From positions 447,322 to 511,321 of the forward strand of contig CAZLGV010000001.1 of NCBI GenBank assembly GCA_964559705.1: a stretch of DNA of 64,000 nt, given 5' to 3'. How positions within the stretch are numbered: the first letter of the stretch is position 1; every line of letters begins with the position of its first letter. Made by a program: the position numbers and the translations under genes. The notes beneath the pieces were generated by a model. The model was not told the DNA's origin. It saw only the letters and a list, made by a program, of their open reading frames with translations, and searched no databases. This document shows positions 47,587-57,846 of the stretch, in pieces. Source of the DNA: an uncultured Gammaproteobacteria bacterium (GTDB lineage Bacteria; Patescibacteriota; Microgenomatia; UBA1406; GWC2-37-13).

Positions 47587-48714
47587 TTATGGTATGTGCC
47601 AATAGAGAGTAACTAAACCATTTTTGTGATCAACTACTATTCCCTTACCTACAGGACTTCCTCCGGCAATGTTATAGCTGCATGAAGCTGAAGTAGCATA
47701 AGCTTCACCTGACTCAATTGCCCGAATCGGCGTTCCAAAAGGATTAGCGATATCTATTCCAGTATGGGTACCTAAAAAATAAACTTCTCCATACCAGGTT
47801 GTTACACTTCCCGAATAACCTGGTACAGGCTGAGCATAGCTTGAGTTTTCTAGGTATGGTTTTGGGTCTGTTCTGTTTCCTACTATTCTTCCTCCCTCGA
47901 CTTTAGCATCAGTATAAACCTCAAAGTGTAAATGCGGACCCGTTGAGCATCCACTTGACCCAACTCCGGCTATAATATCTCCTTTGTTAACTGGTCCAAT
48001 CTTTTCGCCAATATTGCCAATGGCGGCATTAATGGAAGCTGCATCTGCTTTAAGTTTCGCAATAAGTAGTTGATAGTTTCGCTCATTATTTTGAGTGACA
48101 GCAAGAAGATCTTGCTTTTGTTTCTTCTGATTATTGAGGTCGGCTTTTTGGTTATCCAAAGTAACTTTTAATTGGTCGAGTTCGGCTTTCTTTTGTTCGC
48201 GAAGTTTCTTTTGCTCTTCAAAATTCAGTTTTGCCTCTTGGACCTGAAAGGCAACCCGCCTGTCATTTTCTTGGGTAGTTTGAGTATACTTCCAGCGATT
48301 AACCAAGGTTGAAGCATTATCCGAATCCAAAAAGATGTTTATAAAAGGGACCTCTCTTCTTTTGTAGCCATCGACTATCTTACTAAGCAAAATTTTGGTC
48401 AGATAATTCAAGGAAGTATCCAATCCCTCAATTCTGGCAGTCAAATTCTCGATCTCCTCTTCAGTTTTTTTAATGTTGTATTCAGTGTCCTGAATTCGCA
48501 GTGTGGTTAGATAAATTTGGGTATCCATGAACTGGATCTGTGAGGAAAGAGTATTTTTTTGATTTCTTACATCGTTAAGCTTTTGTTCATATTCATTTAT
48601 TAATTTCTGACACTCATCTTTATTGCTACAACTCTGGGCAAAAGTGAGTTTGGACGAAAAATTAAGAGCAGTAAGAAGAAGAAAAAAAAGTGTGATTGTA
48701 ACTAGCTTTTTCAT
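47587..48714 (-). CDS. M23 family metallopeptidase with an N-terminal coiled coil (EnvC/PcsB-like)
   Basis: Signal peptide, a long coiled coil, and the M23 motifs GPHLHFEV and HTGIDI. Confidence 0.8.
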   Translation of the reverse strand: MKKLVTITLFFLLLTALNFSSKLTFAQSCSNKDECQKLINEYEQKLNDVRNQKNTLSSQIQFMDTQIYLTTLRIQDTEYNIKKTEEEIENLTARIEGLDTSLNYLTKILLSKIVDGYKRREVPFINIFLDSDNASTLVNRWKYTQTTQENDRRVAFQVQEAKLNFEEQKKLREQKKAELDQLKVTLDNQKADLNNQKKQKQDLLAVTQNNERNYQLLIAKLKADAASINAAIGNIGEKIGPVNKGDIIAGVGSSGCSTGPHLHFEVYTDAKVEGGRIVGNRTDPKPYLENSSYAQPVPGYSGSVTTWYGEVYFLGTHTGIDIANPFGTPIRAIESGEAYATSASCSYNIAGGSPVGKGIVVDHKNGLVTLYWHIP

Positions 48715-49610
48715 TCATTAATATATTTTGATGTCGAGAAATAATTGCCTATAAAACCGATGATAACCCCAAAGATGACAGTAACTAAGTAAGAAAGAAT
48801 TACGAAATTGAAACTTGGAGGCCAGACAAACAGATTCAAATTGGACAGATTATAAAAAGATAATGAGGGGACCCCCGACAGATAAGAGCTCAAGAAAGGA
48901 CTGAAATACAAATAAATTAAATAAAAGATTGCAAATGCCAGCGTCCCACTGACCAAACCAAAAAGCACACCTTCATAAAGAAATGGTTTTTTGATATAAA
49001 ATGTCGAAGCACCAAGCAGTCTTTGCAGTTCTATCTCGTCTTTTTTAAGAGCGATTTTAAATGCGGTTGTGGTCATAAGAACTATAAAAGCAATGGTCAG
49101 AAGAAAAAGTAAAATGAACATGGAGATCCTTCGCAAGACTGTGGTTAGTCCAAGAAGTTTGTCAACAATATCTTTTTGAAAAATCACTTCATCAATACCA
49201 GGCTGTTTTTTAAGATACTCGGCAATCTCCGAAAGATAAACCGGTTTGCTGGCAAAAATCTCAAGTGAGGCAGGTAGAATATCTGCGGAGACCATCTCCA
49301 AGAGTAGAGGATTATTTTTATTTAACTCGCGATAAATCCTCAGAGCTTCCTGTTTAGATACATATTTTAGGGAAAGAGCCTTTCCCGAGGCTTTTATTGA
49401 GTCTCTAATTTTAAAAATCTCGTTCTCCCTGGTCTGGTTTTGAAAATAGACGGTGACCTGAGGTTTTGTTTCAACAAAAGACAATATGCCATTGAAAAAA
49501 GAAGTCATGTTAAAGAAAAAAAGGCTTAAAAATAGAGTGAAGAAAAGTATTAAAAAAGAAGCCAGAGATTGATATGGAGTGCGTTTTATCGAGGTTAAAA
49601 TATCATTCAT
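48711..49610 (-). CDS. ftsX: Cell division permease FtsX
   Basis: Four-TM FtsX topology with a large first loop. 4-nt overlaps with ftsE and the M23 gene. Confidence 0.8.
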   Translation of the reverse strand: MNDILTSIKRTPYQSLASFLILFFTLFLSLFFFNMTSFFNGILSFVETKPQVTVYFQNQTRENEIFKIRDSIKASGKALSLKYVSKQEALRIYRELNKNNPLLLEMVSADILPASLEIFASKPVYLSEIAEYLKKQPGIDEVIFQKDIVDKLLGLTTVLRRISMFILLFLLTIAFIVLMTTTAFKIALKKDEIELQRLLGASTFYIKKPFLYEGVLFGLVSGTLAFAIFYLIYLYFSPFLSSYLSGVPSLSFYNLSNLNLFVWPPSFNFVILSYLVTVIFGVIIGFIGNYFSTSKYINE

Positions 49611-50284
49611 ATTTCATAACCTCCCTTTTTGACATCTTTTTCCAGCTTGCCTTCTTTGAGAAATAAGACTCTCTTTCTCAAACTATTGACAATATCTGCA
49701 TTGTGTGTGGCGAAAAGGATAGTTTTTTCTTTTTCGATTTTTTTAAAAATTTTCATAATTTCCCAGGCAGTTTTGGGATCTAGATTGCCTGTCGGCTCGT
49801 CGGCCAGAACAATTTCTCTATGTCCAACAACCGCTCTGGCAATAGCTACTCTCTGAAGCTCGCCTGCCGAAAGTTGGGAGGGGAAAAAACCCTCTCTTCC
49901 CTCAAGGTTTACAAGTTCAAGAGCTTCTTTAATCTCCTCTTTTATCTGTTTTTCACTGATTCCGAGTATTTTTAGTCCCAAGGCAATATTTTCAAAGACG
50001 TTTTTATCCCACAATACCTTAAAATCCTGAAAAACCACTCCAATTTTTCTTCGCAAGTGCTCTATCTCCTTAAATTCCTTTGCCGAAACATCAAGATCAT
50101 TAATTATTACACTGCCTGTGGAAGGGAGAAGTTGTCGAAGTATCATTTTAAGAATGGTAGTTTTTCCTGCTCCAGAAGGCCCAACCAAAAAAACAAATTC
50201 AGCCTTGTCAATCTCAAAAGAGACATCAACCAAAGCTTTATTTCCCAGTGGAAAGTTTTTACTAACATTGTCGAACTTGATCAT
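49607..50284 (-). CDS. ftsE: Cell division ATP-binding protein FtsE
   Basis: GPSGAGKTT, LSAGELQRVAIARA and VLADEPTGNLD. Confidence 0.9.
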   Translation of the reverse strand: MIKFDNVSKNFPLGNKALVDVSFEIDKAEFVFLVGPSGAGKTTILKMILRQLLPSTGSVIINDLDVSAKEFKEIEHLRRKIGVVFQDFKVLWDKNVFENIALGLKILGISEKQIKEEIKEALELVNLEGREGFFPSQLSAGELQRVAIARAVVGHREIVLADEPTGNLDPKTAWEIMKIFKKIEKEKTILFATHNADIVNSLRKRVLFLKEGKLEKDVKKGGYEI

Positions 50285-50296
50285 GATAAAAGAATT

Positions 50297-50740
50297 TTAT
50301 AAAACTTCAACATAGCCAACATCCATAAGCCAGCCGGCTTTTTCTCCTTGAAAGGTTTCACCCCAGACCCTTATTTTTTTACCCACAAAGGCAGATAAAT
50401 CGACAATACTTGAGGTAAGGTAGACATTTTGAGATTCGCCACCCGGACGCTCTAGATGGAAATTTCCTTCTCCATCGATTCCTCCTTCTTTAAGTTTTCC
50501 TTCAGCTTTATCTGGGAATTTCTTTTTATCAAATACTCCAACAGTTGTTTTACCATCGGCCTTTTTGCTTGATCCGACAGTTGAAGAAGAACCGCTAAAG
50601 CTTGTAGCTAGAAGATAGCCTCCCCCTGCTCCCAAAACAAGCATTAATAAAAGGACAACGATTAAAGTTGGAAGCTTTACTTTTGCAGGTTCGGTTTTTG
50701 TGTCCAAATTATGGACAAGCTTTGCGCTTTCCTCTACCAT
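50297..50740 (-). CDS. Membrane-anchored exported protein, unknown function
   Basis: One TM (LPTLIVVLLLMLVLGAGGGYLL), a Ser-rich linker and an approximately 90-aa C-terminal domain. Confidence 0.45.
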   Translation of the reverse strand: MVEESAKLVHNLDTKTEPAKVKLPTLIVVLLLMLVLGAGGGYLLATSFSGSSSTVGSSKKADGKTTVGVFDKKKFPDKAEGKLKEGGIDGEGNFHLERPGGESQNVYLTSSIVDLSAFVGKKIRVWGETFQGEKAGWLMDVGYVEVL

Positions 50741-50787
50741 TCTAAAATTAAGAATAGCAATATTATAGGCAAATTACAAGTTCCAAG

Positions 50788-51786
50788 TTATTGCTTTAGG
50801 TAGGCTTCAATGAAGCCGTCAAGGTCACCGTCGAGAATGTTGTCTACTTGAGAGCTTTCAAAGTTTGTTCGAAGATCCTTAATTAACTTATAAGGATGGA
50901 GGACGTAAGAGCGAATTTGCCTTCCCCAACTGGCTATTTTTTCTTTTTTTAATCCTGACATTTCTTTTTGCTTTTTTTCTTCCTCAAGCTGCCAAAGCTT
51001 GGCTCGAAGTAGTTTAAGAGCATTTTCTCTATTTTGCCCCTGCTGACGTTCTGTTTGGCAGGTTACGGTTATACCTGTTGGCTTGTGTGTTAATCTCACT
51101 GCGGTTGAGACCTTATTTACATTTTGTCCGCCTTTTCCGCCCGATCTGAAAAATTGCCATTCCAAATCTTCTTCATTCACTTCAACTAATTTCTCCTCAA
51201 CCATAGGTAAAACCTCAACTAAGGCAAACGAAGTTTGACGAAGCTTGTCTGCATTAAAAGGTGATTGACGAACCAAGCGATGAACACCTGCCTCTGCTTT
51301 TAAAAGACCATAAGTATAGCTTCCCGAAACATTCAAGGTAACGCTCTTTATTCCGGCTTCCTCTCCTGGTACTCTATCGATTTCCTCAAGTTTCCAGCCT
51401 TTTCTTTCAAAATATCGGCTATACATACGAAGTAACATTTCGCTCCAATCCATTGCCTCGGTTCCTCCCTGTCCGGCATGGATGGCGAAGATTGCGTTTT
51501 GGCGATCGTATTTTCCGGATAAAAAAAGAAGAGTTTCGTATTTTTTAAGCAGTTTTTCAGCTTCTTTATACTCTTTTTCTTCGTATAAAAGTTGAAGCAT
51601 TTCGATATCTTCAACTTCTTTTTTAAGTTCAGTTATTCGCTGTGAGACGTTTTTTGATTCTTCTCTAGATTTCCAAAACTCCGGATCATAGGTTTTTTTC
51701 TCCAATTTAGAGAGCTCCTCCTTTTTGGCCTTGAGGTTTACCTTTTGCAAAATATTTTCCAGTCTTCTCCTAAGCTCATCTTCCAT
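50788..51786 (-). CDS. prfB: Peptide chain release factor 2, single contiguous frame
   Basis: SPF tripeptide (VRQSPFN) and GGQ motif ([10 protein letters not shown]). The N-terminal region is continuous with no in-frame TGA. Confidence 0.9.
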   Translation of the reverse strand: MEDELRRRLENILQKVNLKAKKEELSKLEKKTYDPEFWKSREESKNVSQRITELKKEVEDIEMLQLLYEEKEYKEAEKLLKKYETLLFLSGKYDRQNAIFAIHAGQGGTEAMDWSEMLLRMYSRYFERKGWKLEEIDRVPGEEAGIKSVTLNVSGSYTYGLLKAEAGVHRLVRQSPFNADKLRQTSFALVEVLPMVEEKLVEVNEEDLEWQFFRSGGKGGQNVNKVSTAVRLTHKPTGITVTCQTERQQGQNRENALKLLRAKLWQLEEEKKQKEMSGLKKEKIASWGRQIRSYVLHPYKLIKDLRTNFESSQVDNILDGDLDGFIEAYLKQ

Positions 51787-51851
51787 AATTATTTAATTAA
51801 ATTTGTGCACAAATTATATAAAAAATCAGCCCAAATTACTATCCTCCTCTT

Positions 51852-51860
51852 TGATATAAT
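51852..51860 (+). promoter_or_regulatory. Extended -10 promoter TGaTATAAT, 6 nt upstream of GTG 51867
   Basis: ttTGaTATAATtttggaGTG. Confidence 0.45.
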
Positions 51861-51866
51861 TTTGGA

Positions 51867-52439
51867 GTGAATCTCTATTTAGTTCGTCATACTAAATACG
51901 ACAATCCCGATAACATTTTCCCTTTTCATTTGCCTGTCTATTTATCAACAGATGGTAGAAAACATGCGAAAAGAATAGGAAAGTGGTTTAAACAAAATGC
52001 AGCCCCGAAAATAAAAATCTACTCAAGTCCTATTGTAAGAGCTTTACAAACAGCAGAAATTATCGCGTCTTCTACTAACTCCTTTGTCCAAATAGACACA
52101 TTGCTTACAGAAACATTATGCGAAAAACTCCAGGGAACTAAAAAACCAAAAGTTGACGCTTGGAAAGTTGAATATGATTATTTAGTTAGAGAACCGATAG
52201 AAAAAGTAAAACAAAGAGCCATAAAAAGCTTTAAAGAGAAGGCGAGCAAAAACAAAAACTGCATTTTAGTTTCTCATGGAGATCCTCTAACTATCCTGTT
52301 TTATTATCTATCTAAAAAAGAAATGCCCAACGACTATTATCACCCAAAATATGATAAAGATTATCTAAAAAGAGGCGAAATTGTTAAAGTTGCCCTAAGT
52401 AGTAAAGAAGTACAAACTTTAGAACGAATCATCGTTTAA
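51867..52439 (+). CDS. Histidine phosphatase (phosphoglycerate mutase-like) family protein
   Basis: LYLVRHT (RH catalytic motif) near the N-terminus, and SHGDPL later. Confidence 0.65.
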   Translation: MNLYLVRHTKYDNPDNIFPFHLPVYLSTDGRKHAKRIGKWFKQNAAPKIKIYSSPIVRALQTAEIIASSTNSFVQIDTLLTETLCEKLQGTKKPKVDAWKVEYDYLVREPIEKVKQRAIKSFKEKASKNKNCILVSHGDPLTILFYYLSKKEMPNDYYHPKYDKDYLKRGEIVKVALSSKEVQTLERIIV

Positions 52440-52450
52440 AAAGAGAGGAT

Positions 52451-53911
52451 CTATTTTAGGTCGGAGCCGACAATTATAATGATGTCGGAGTTTTCATCCT
52501 CGGGCAGAGTTTCAACTTTGGGATTGATTACAGAATCGGCGAGGTCTTTCTTTAAGACGTCGGCTGCCCCAGTCAACTGACTCTTGACCTGAATGACTGT
52601 TCTTGTGTAGTCAAAATTGTCTGCATTACCAGTGACTATTTCTTGATAACCAGTTTTCTGAAGAAGTTCTTTCACTTCGGACGCCTTTCCGGCTGTTCCC
52701 GAACCGTTAAGAACTTTTATCTTCAATTCTTCTTTGTTGACAGAAGGAGCAGGTACGGCAGTAGGTTTTGCTTTAGAGGAAGCAGGAGAAGGAGATGATT
52801 TAGTCAATTGCTTGGGAATAAGATTTTGGACATTCAAATTTATATTCAATTTAGATAGCCCGACAAAAATAAGGAAAGAGATAACCGCGGAGGCAAGAAA
52901 TATCAAAAATTCCTTCCTAAATATAGGCAATTTTGGAACAGAAAATGAAACGGGCGACTTGAATCTCAAAGGCTTTCGCAACATCTGAAAATCTTTATTT
53001 TCTTGCGAGAAAATAAAAGCTCCAAGGCAAACATCAAACGAGAGGACTGGAAAAGTTTTTTCTTTGGTCACAAAAAGCTTTAAATAATCTTGATAAAAAT
53101 CCGGAATAATTCTTTTTAAAGGGTTTGTCCAGACCCCAACTTCTTTTGTAAATGTGTCTTGCCTTATTTTTTCAGATTTTTGGCCGGACAATATAATTCG
53201 GTTGAGCTTAATATCTTTGTTCTCAAAATATTTTTTTCTTTCTTTAAGAGTATCTTTAAGCTCTGTGTCTTTGCTTATTTCTTTTTCCCATACGTCCTCG
53301 GAAATTAAGCCTCCAGAATCATAAAGATAGCCATAGGTTACAGATTCACTATAAGAGACATATAATATATTTTCTTTCTTCTCTCGTCTTAATGTTTTCT
53401 CGAACAGCTTAAATAGGGCAAGGGTCTCTGGCAGTAGAGAGACAAGTTTCAATCCCAAAAGGCCCAAGATCTGGAGATATTTTTCTATTACTTCAACATC
53501 GGCCGAGTAAAAAGAAACCTGTTTTTGTTTATCTGTTTCTTTGACAAAATAACTATAAAAGAAATTTTCTATATTTGATGAAAGATGAACGCGGGCTTTA
53601 TCTTTTATAAATGAGCTTAGAGCAGAAGGAGAGATGTCTTTTGGAACATCAGCTTTTAGAAAAGAAAAACTTTCTTGCGGCAAGATTAAGACTATTTGTT
53701 TCTCCTGAAGCCCTGATAATTGATTCAAACCTTCTTTAATAGCTGAGGCCAAAACATCAACATTTACAACCCTGCCTTTGTTTAAAAGATCTAATTCGTG
53801 TTTTTTTTCAAAAAAATTAGCTTCATACTGTCCCAATAACGACTTTTTTAAATAAAGGATTTTTATCTGATTCTTATCAAGATAGATATACAGCATAGCT
53901 ATATATATCAT
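52451..53911 (-). CDS. Membrane protein with a C-terminal LytR_C domain
   Basis: Cytoplasmic N-domain, one TM (FLIFLASAVISFLIFVGL), a Pro/Ser linker, and LKIKVLNGSGTAGKASEV... typical of LytR_C. Confidence 0.55.
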   Translation of the reverse strand: MIYIAMLYIYLDKNQIKILYLKKSLLGQYEANFFEKKHELDLLNKGRVVNVDVLASAIKEGLNQLSGLQEKQIVLILPQESFSFLKADVPKDISPSALSSFIKDKARVHLSSNIENFFYSYFVKETDKQKQVSFYSADVEVIEKYLQILGLLGLKLVSLLPETLALFKLFEKTLRREKKENILYVSYSESVTYGYLYDSGGLISEDVWEKEISKDTELKDTLKERKKYFENKDIKLNRIILSGQKSEKIRQDTFTKEVGVWTNPLKRIIPDFYQDYLKLFVTKEKTFPVLSFDVCLGAFIFSQENKDFQMLRKPLRFKSPVSFSVPKLPIFRKEFLIFLASAVISFLIFVGLSKLNINLNVQNLIPKQLTKSSPSPASSKAKPTAVPAPSVNKEELKIKVLNGSGTAGKASEVKELLQKTGYQEIVTGNADNFDYTRTVIQVKSQLTGAADVLKKDLADSVINPKVETLPEDENSDIIIIVGSDLK

Positions 53912-53957
53912 AAGGCAAAAGGCCCGTCTACGTCAAGACTTCGACGAGCAAGCAAAA

Positions 53958-53966
53958 TGGTAAAAT
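53958..53966 (+). promoter_or_regulatory. Extended -10 promoter TGgTAAAAT, 9 nt upstream of the dnaG ATG
   Basis: aaaTGgTAAAATagacctgcaATG. Confidence 0.45.
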
Positions 53967-53975
53967 AGACCTGCA

Positions 53976-55745
53976 ATGAATGGCCCGGTTGAAGACATAA
54001 AAAAAAGAATAGATATTGTAGATTTTATTGGAAGTTTTATAAGCTTAAAAAAAGCAGGTAGAAATTTTAAGGCCCTGTGTCCCTTTCATCAAGAAAGATC
54101 AGCCTCATTTGTTGTTTCACCAGAACGCCAGATATGGCATTGTTTTGGTGCCTGCGCTGAAGGAGGAGACATTTTCAAATTCTTAATGAAATGGGAAAAT
54201 ATTACTTTTTCTGAGGCATTAAAAGAATTAGCGGAAAAAGCAGGAGTTAAGCTACAAAGATTGGCTTTTGAAGACAAGGTTTGGAAAAAGAAAGAACGAT
54301 TAATACAGCTCAATACGCTTGCCGCAGAATATTTCCATTTCGTTCTGTTCCAGACCAATTTTGGCAAAAAAGCTTTAAATTATCTAAATTCCAGAAACAT
54401 CAATCCTAAAATTGCAAAAAAATTCCAACTAGGTTATTCTCCGTCATCCTGGGATTCCTTACTTTCTTTTTTGAAAAAGAAAAACTATGAGATGAATGAG
54501 ATTTCTGAATCAGGCTTGGTTGTTAGAGGCGAGAGGGGGAGCTATTACGATCGTTTCCGAGGTAGATTGATTTTTCCAATAAAGGACGTAAGAGGAAATG
54601 TAATTGGATTTTCCGGAAGAAGCTTAGACAAGGAAGAAAAATCGGCCAAATATATTAATACTCCAGAGACGCCGATTTATCATAAACGGGAAAGTTTATA
54701 TGGTGTAGACCTGACAAAAGAAGCTATTAAAAAAGAAAAAAATGTTTATTTAGTTGAAGGAGAATTTGACGTTATAACGCCCTATCAGCATAGAATTGAA
54801 AATATAGTTGCAATCAAAGGATCAGCTGTAACCAGAGAACAGTTGATGTTTATAAAACGCTATACAAACAGGATTACTCTGGCTCTTGATGCAGACAACA
54901 CAGGAGAAGATGCAATAAGAAGAGGAATTGAAGATGCGGAGAGTCTCGATTTCGAAATAGAGGTTGTTTATTTTGATTTTGCTAAGGATCCTGATGAAGC
55001 AGTTCGCAAAGATATATCTAAATTCAAAAAAGCATTAAGAGAGAGGGTCTCAGTTTATGATTTCATAATCCAAACCGCTCAAAAAAAATATCCTGGAGAT
55101 GATCCGTTTAACAAAAAAAAGATAGGGGATATGGTGATTCCATTCATAGAAAGAGTAAACAATCCCATTGTTCAATCTCATTACATTAAGAAATTAGCAG
55201 ACATTCTTAATGTAAGCGAAAAAAGCATTCTAATTTTGATTAGGAATATAAAACAAAAGAAAAAACAACAGCAATTTTTCAAAATAAATAAAAAAAAGGT
55301 AGAAGAGGAAGCAAGAGAGCTAAATATTCAGAAATATGTTTTGAGCATGCTTTTTCAAAGTGATAACCCTTATAGAACATCGAATAAGCTCTTTTCAATA
55401 GTTGAAATAAATGATTTTTCAGTCCCATCTTACAAAGAATTATTATCAATTTTTCTGGATTTTAAAGCAAAAAATCCTAAAGAATTTGATACTAAAAAAT
55501 ATGTTGCCAATTTAAATCCCCAATTACAGTCAGTGTTTGACGAATTGTATTTATATGCCTCTTATGAGGCTGATTTTGAAGATGTAAATTTAGAAAAACT
55601 ATTTTATGAGATCAAAAAAAATAGTTTGAAAAGGCAAATAAAAGAGAAGACCTTGGCCCAAGAGATATCCCAGGTAGATGAAGCGGTTCTAAAGAGACTT
55701 AGCCTGTCTCTAAAAGAGGTAGAAAAAAACCTACTCGCGTTATAA
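53976..55745 (+). CDS. dnaG: DNA primase
   Basis: CHC2 zinc finger CPFHQERSASF...WHCFGC, and a TOPRIM region EGEFDV...DADNTGEDA. Confidence 0.9.
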   Translation: MNGPVEDIKKRIDIVDFIGSFISLKKAGRNFKALCPFHQERSASFVVSPERQIWHCFGACAEGGDIFKFLMKWENITFSEALKELAEKAGVKLQRLAFEDKVWKKKERLIQLNTLAAEYFHFVLFQTNFGKKALNYLNSRNINPKIAKKFQLGYSPSSWDSLLSFLKKKNYEMNEISESGLVVRGERGSYYDRFRGRLIFPIKDVRGNVIGFSGRSLDKEEKSAKYINTPETPIYHKRESLYGVDLTKEAIKKEKNVYLVEGEFDVITPYQHRIENIVAIKGSAVTREQLMFIKRYTNRITLALDADNTGEDAIRRGIEDAESLDFEIEVVYFDFAKDPDEAVRKDISKFKKALRERVSVYDFIIQTAQKKYPGDDPFNKKKIGDMVIPFIERVNNPIVQSHYIKKLADILNVSEKSILILIRNIKQKKKQQQFFKINKKKVEEEARELNIQKYVLSMLFQSDNPYRTSNKLFSIVEINDFSVPSYKELLSIFLDFKAKNPKEFDTKKYVANLNPQLQSVFDELYLYASYEADFEDVNLEKLFYEIKKNSLKRQIKEKTLAQEISQVDEAVLKRLSLSLKEVEKNLLAL

Positions 55746-55755
55746 AATTTGATCC

Positions 55756-56847
55756 ATGACAAAACAGAGACTTCCCAGAACGCTGGATGATTTGCTAAAA
55801 CAGGGAGACGAAGACGGATTTTTGGTCCAGGATGATATCCTTTTGGTTTATCCGGAACCCGAAAAGCATCTAGAGGAAATAGATATTTTTTTTGACAAGG
55901 CTCTAAAAAAAGGAATAGATATTTTTGAAACCGTTTCAACCAGAGAGGAAGAAGATGCCAAGAAATCTGCAGAAGAAATTGAAAAAGAAATAAAACAATT
56001 AATTTCAACCAGGCATGGAGAATCTCTGGATCCGATTAAAAAATATCTAAAAGAAATAGGAAAAACCTCTCTTCTGACTTTCGAAGAAGAAGTAAATCTT
56101 GCCAAGAAATATGAGAAAGGCGATCAAAAAGCCAAAGAGCGCCTGATTAAAGCAAACCTAAGACTTGTCGTCTCTATAGCAAAAAAATATCTGGGGAGAA
56201 GATTGTCGTTTTTGGACTTGATACAAGAAGGGAATAAAGGACTGATCAGAGGAGTGGAGAAATATGACTGGAGAAGAGGATTTAAATTTTCAACATACGC
56301 AACTTGGTGGATCAGACAGGCAATTACCAGGGCAATCGCAGATCAATCTAGAACAATCAGAATTCCAGTGCATATGGTTGATCAAATTAACCGATTTTAT
56401 AAGACCCAAAGACGCTTGACTCAAAAATTAGGCAGAGAACCTAAAGTTAAGGAAATAGCCAGGGAAATGCAGATTGGTATTGATGAGGTGGAGAATCTTA
56501 TGAAAATATCACAACAACCGAAATCGCTCTCCACTCCAATAGGGGATGATAAAGAAACAACTCTTGAGCAATTTATTGCTGATCAAAATCAACCTACGTT
56601 GTACGATAAAGTTTCCAAAGAGTTACTTAAAGACGCATTAAATAAAGTTTTGGAAACACTTTCTCCCAGAGAAAGAAAAGTCTTGATAATGAGATTTGGC
56701 CTTGAGGATTCGAAACCGAAAACACTGGAAGAAGTTGGTAAAGAATTCAAGGTGACAAGAGAAAGAATAAGACAGATAGAGGCAAAAGCCATAAGAAAAC
56801 TTAAACACCCAACCAGAGCCAGAAGACTGCGCGATTTTCTGGAGTGA
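55756..56847 (+). CDS. rpoD: RNA polymerase sigma factor RpoD (sigma-70, short N-terminus)
   Basis: Region 2 [16 protein letters not shown], and region 4 [27 protein letters not shown]. Confidence 0.9.
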   Translation: MTKQRLPRTLDDLLKQGDEDGFLVQDDILLVYPEPEKHLEEIDIFFDKALKKGIDIFETVSTREEEDAKKSAEEIEKEIKQLISTRHGESLDPIKKYLKEIGKTSLLTFEEEVNLAKKYEKGDQKAKERLIKANLRLVVSIAKKYLGRRLSFLDLIQEGNKGLIRGVEKYDWRRGFKFSTYATWWIRQAITRAIADQSRTIRIPVHMVDQINRFYKTQRRLTQKLGREPKVKEIAREMQIGIDEVENLMKISQQPKSLSTPIGDDKETTLEQFIADQNQPTLYDKVSKELLKDALNKVLETLSPRERKVLIMRFGLEDSKPKTLEEVGKEFKVTRERIRQIEAKAIRKLKHPTRARRLRDFLE

Positions 56848-56963
56848 ATTGTACATTATAAGCCACAGTATATAAAGAAATAAATATCCTTTTATAGCAA
56901 ACCAAATCTTCAATTTTGTGGATTATAGTCCACTGACACCAGGCGGCTTATTAGGTATCTTCT

Positions 56964-57188
56964 TTGGTAATGAAGGGAAATTTCTTCTACCAGAGACTAG
57001 GTGAAAGAATAATAGCTGAAAGAAAAAGAAAAAAATTATCGCAGGAACAACTTTCCATGCTGTCGGACATAGATAGAACTTACTTGGCCCGAATTGAAGA
57101 AGGTAAGGCGAATCCTTCAATGAAGGTTTTGTATAAAATTTCTCGCGTTTTGAAAATAAAAATTCATAGACTGATTCTAGGTGTATAA
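56964..57188 (+). CDS. XRE-family helix-turn-helix transcriptional regulator
   Basis: LSQEQLSMLSDIDRTYLARIEEGKANPSMKVLYKISRVL. The start is either TTG 56964 or ATG 56970. Confidence 0.65.
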   Translation: MVMKGNFFYQRLGERIIAERKRKKLSQEQLSMLSDIDRTYLARIEEGKANPSMKVLYKISRVLKIKIHRLILGV

Positions 57189-57846
57189 TAAAATTAAAAT
57201 GGCGGAAAAAAAGTCTAGGAGTTCGTATACGGAAAAAATTTTAAATGTCTGGGCAATTAGTTTAATTCTCTGGAGCATATACAGGGCAAATTTTAAAACA
57301 GATTTAGGACTCGAATTTGATGAATTTTTTGCCAAACCGCTTATTTTTATTATTCCGGCATATATCTTTATCAAAAAAATAGAAAAAGTAAATTTTTTTA
57401 AAGCAATCGCACTTTCTACTAAAAATTTTCTTCGAGAATTGCTAATCGGTACAACAATCGGAATAATTTTTTTTGTTGCTGTGATTTGGGTAAATGCAGG
57501 GAAATTTGATATAGCTAATAATAAAATTTTTTATTTCCTGGCAATAGCCGCAGCGGCAGCAATATCGGAAGAAATCTTATCTCGTGGTTTTGTCTTAAAA
57601 AGATTATATGAGCAATCAAAAAATATATATAGCTCTTCTTTTTTAGCCAGTCTTCTGTTTTTCTTTCTCCATGTTCCCATACTCTTCACGAGTAGTTCTA
57701 TTAATGGTCTTTTACTACTGCAGGTGATGTTATCCGATCTGGTTTTAAGTCTTTCTCTATCTTTCCTATTTCTCCTGCGAGGTAATCTTATTGCTCCGAT
57801 ATTAGTTCATGCATTTTATACCTTGGGTTTATTGATTTTGATTTAA
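57181..57846 (+). CDS. CPBP (CAAX/Abi) family intramembrane metalloprotease
   Basis: EEILSRGF (EExxxR) and FFFLH motifs; multi-TM. 8-nt overlap with the XRE gene. Confidence 0.75.
   Translation: MYNKIKMAEKKSRSSYTEKILNVWAISLILWSIYRANFKTDLGLEFDEFFAKPLIFIIPAYIFIKKIEKVNFFKAIALSTKNFLRELLIGTTIGIIFFVAVIWVNAGKFDIANNKIFYFLAIAAAAAISEEILSRGFVLKRLYEQSKNIYSSSFLASLLFFFLHVPILFTSSSINGLLLLQVMLSDLVLSLSLSFLFLLRGNLIAPILVHAFYTLGLLILI

Noticed and set aside
50788-51866. Programmed +1 frameshift in prfB.
   Set aside because: The N-terminal region is contiguous from the ATG, stops lie upstream in all relevant frames, and no CTT-TGA-type shift site is present.
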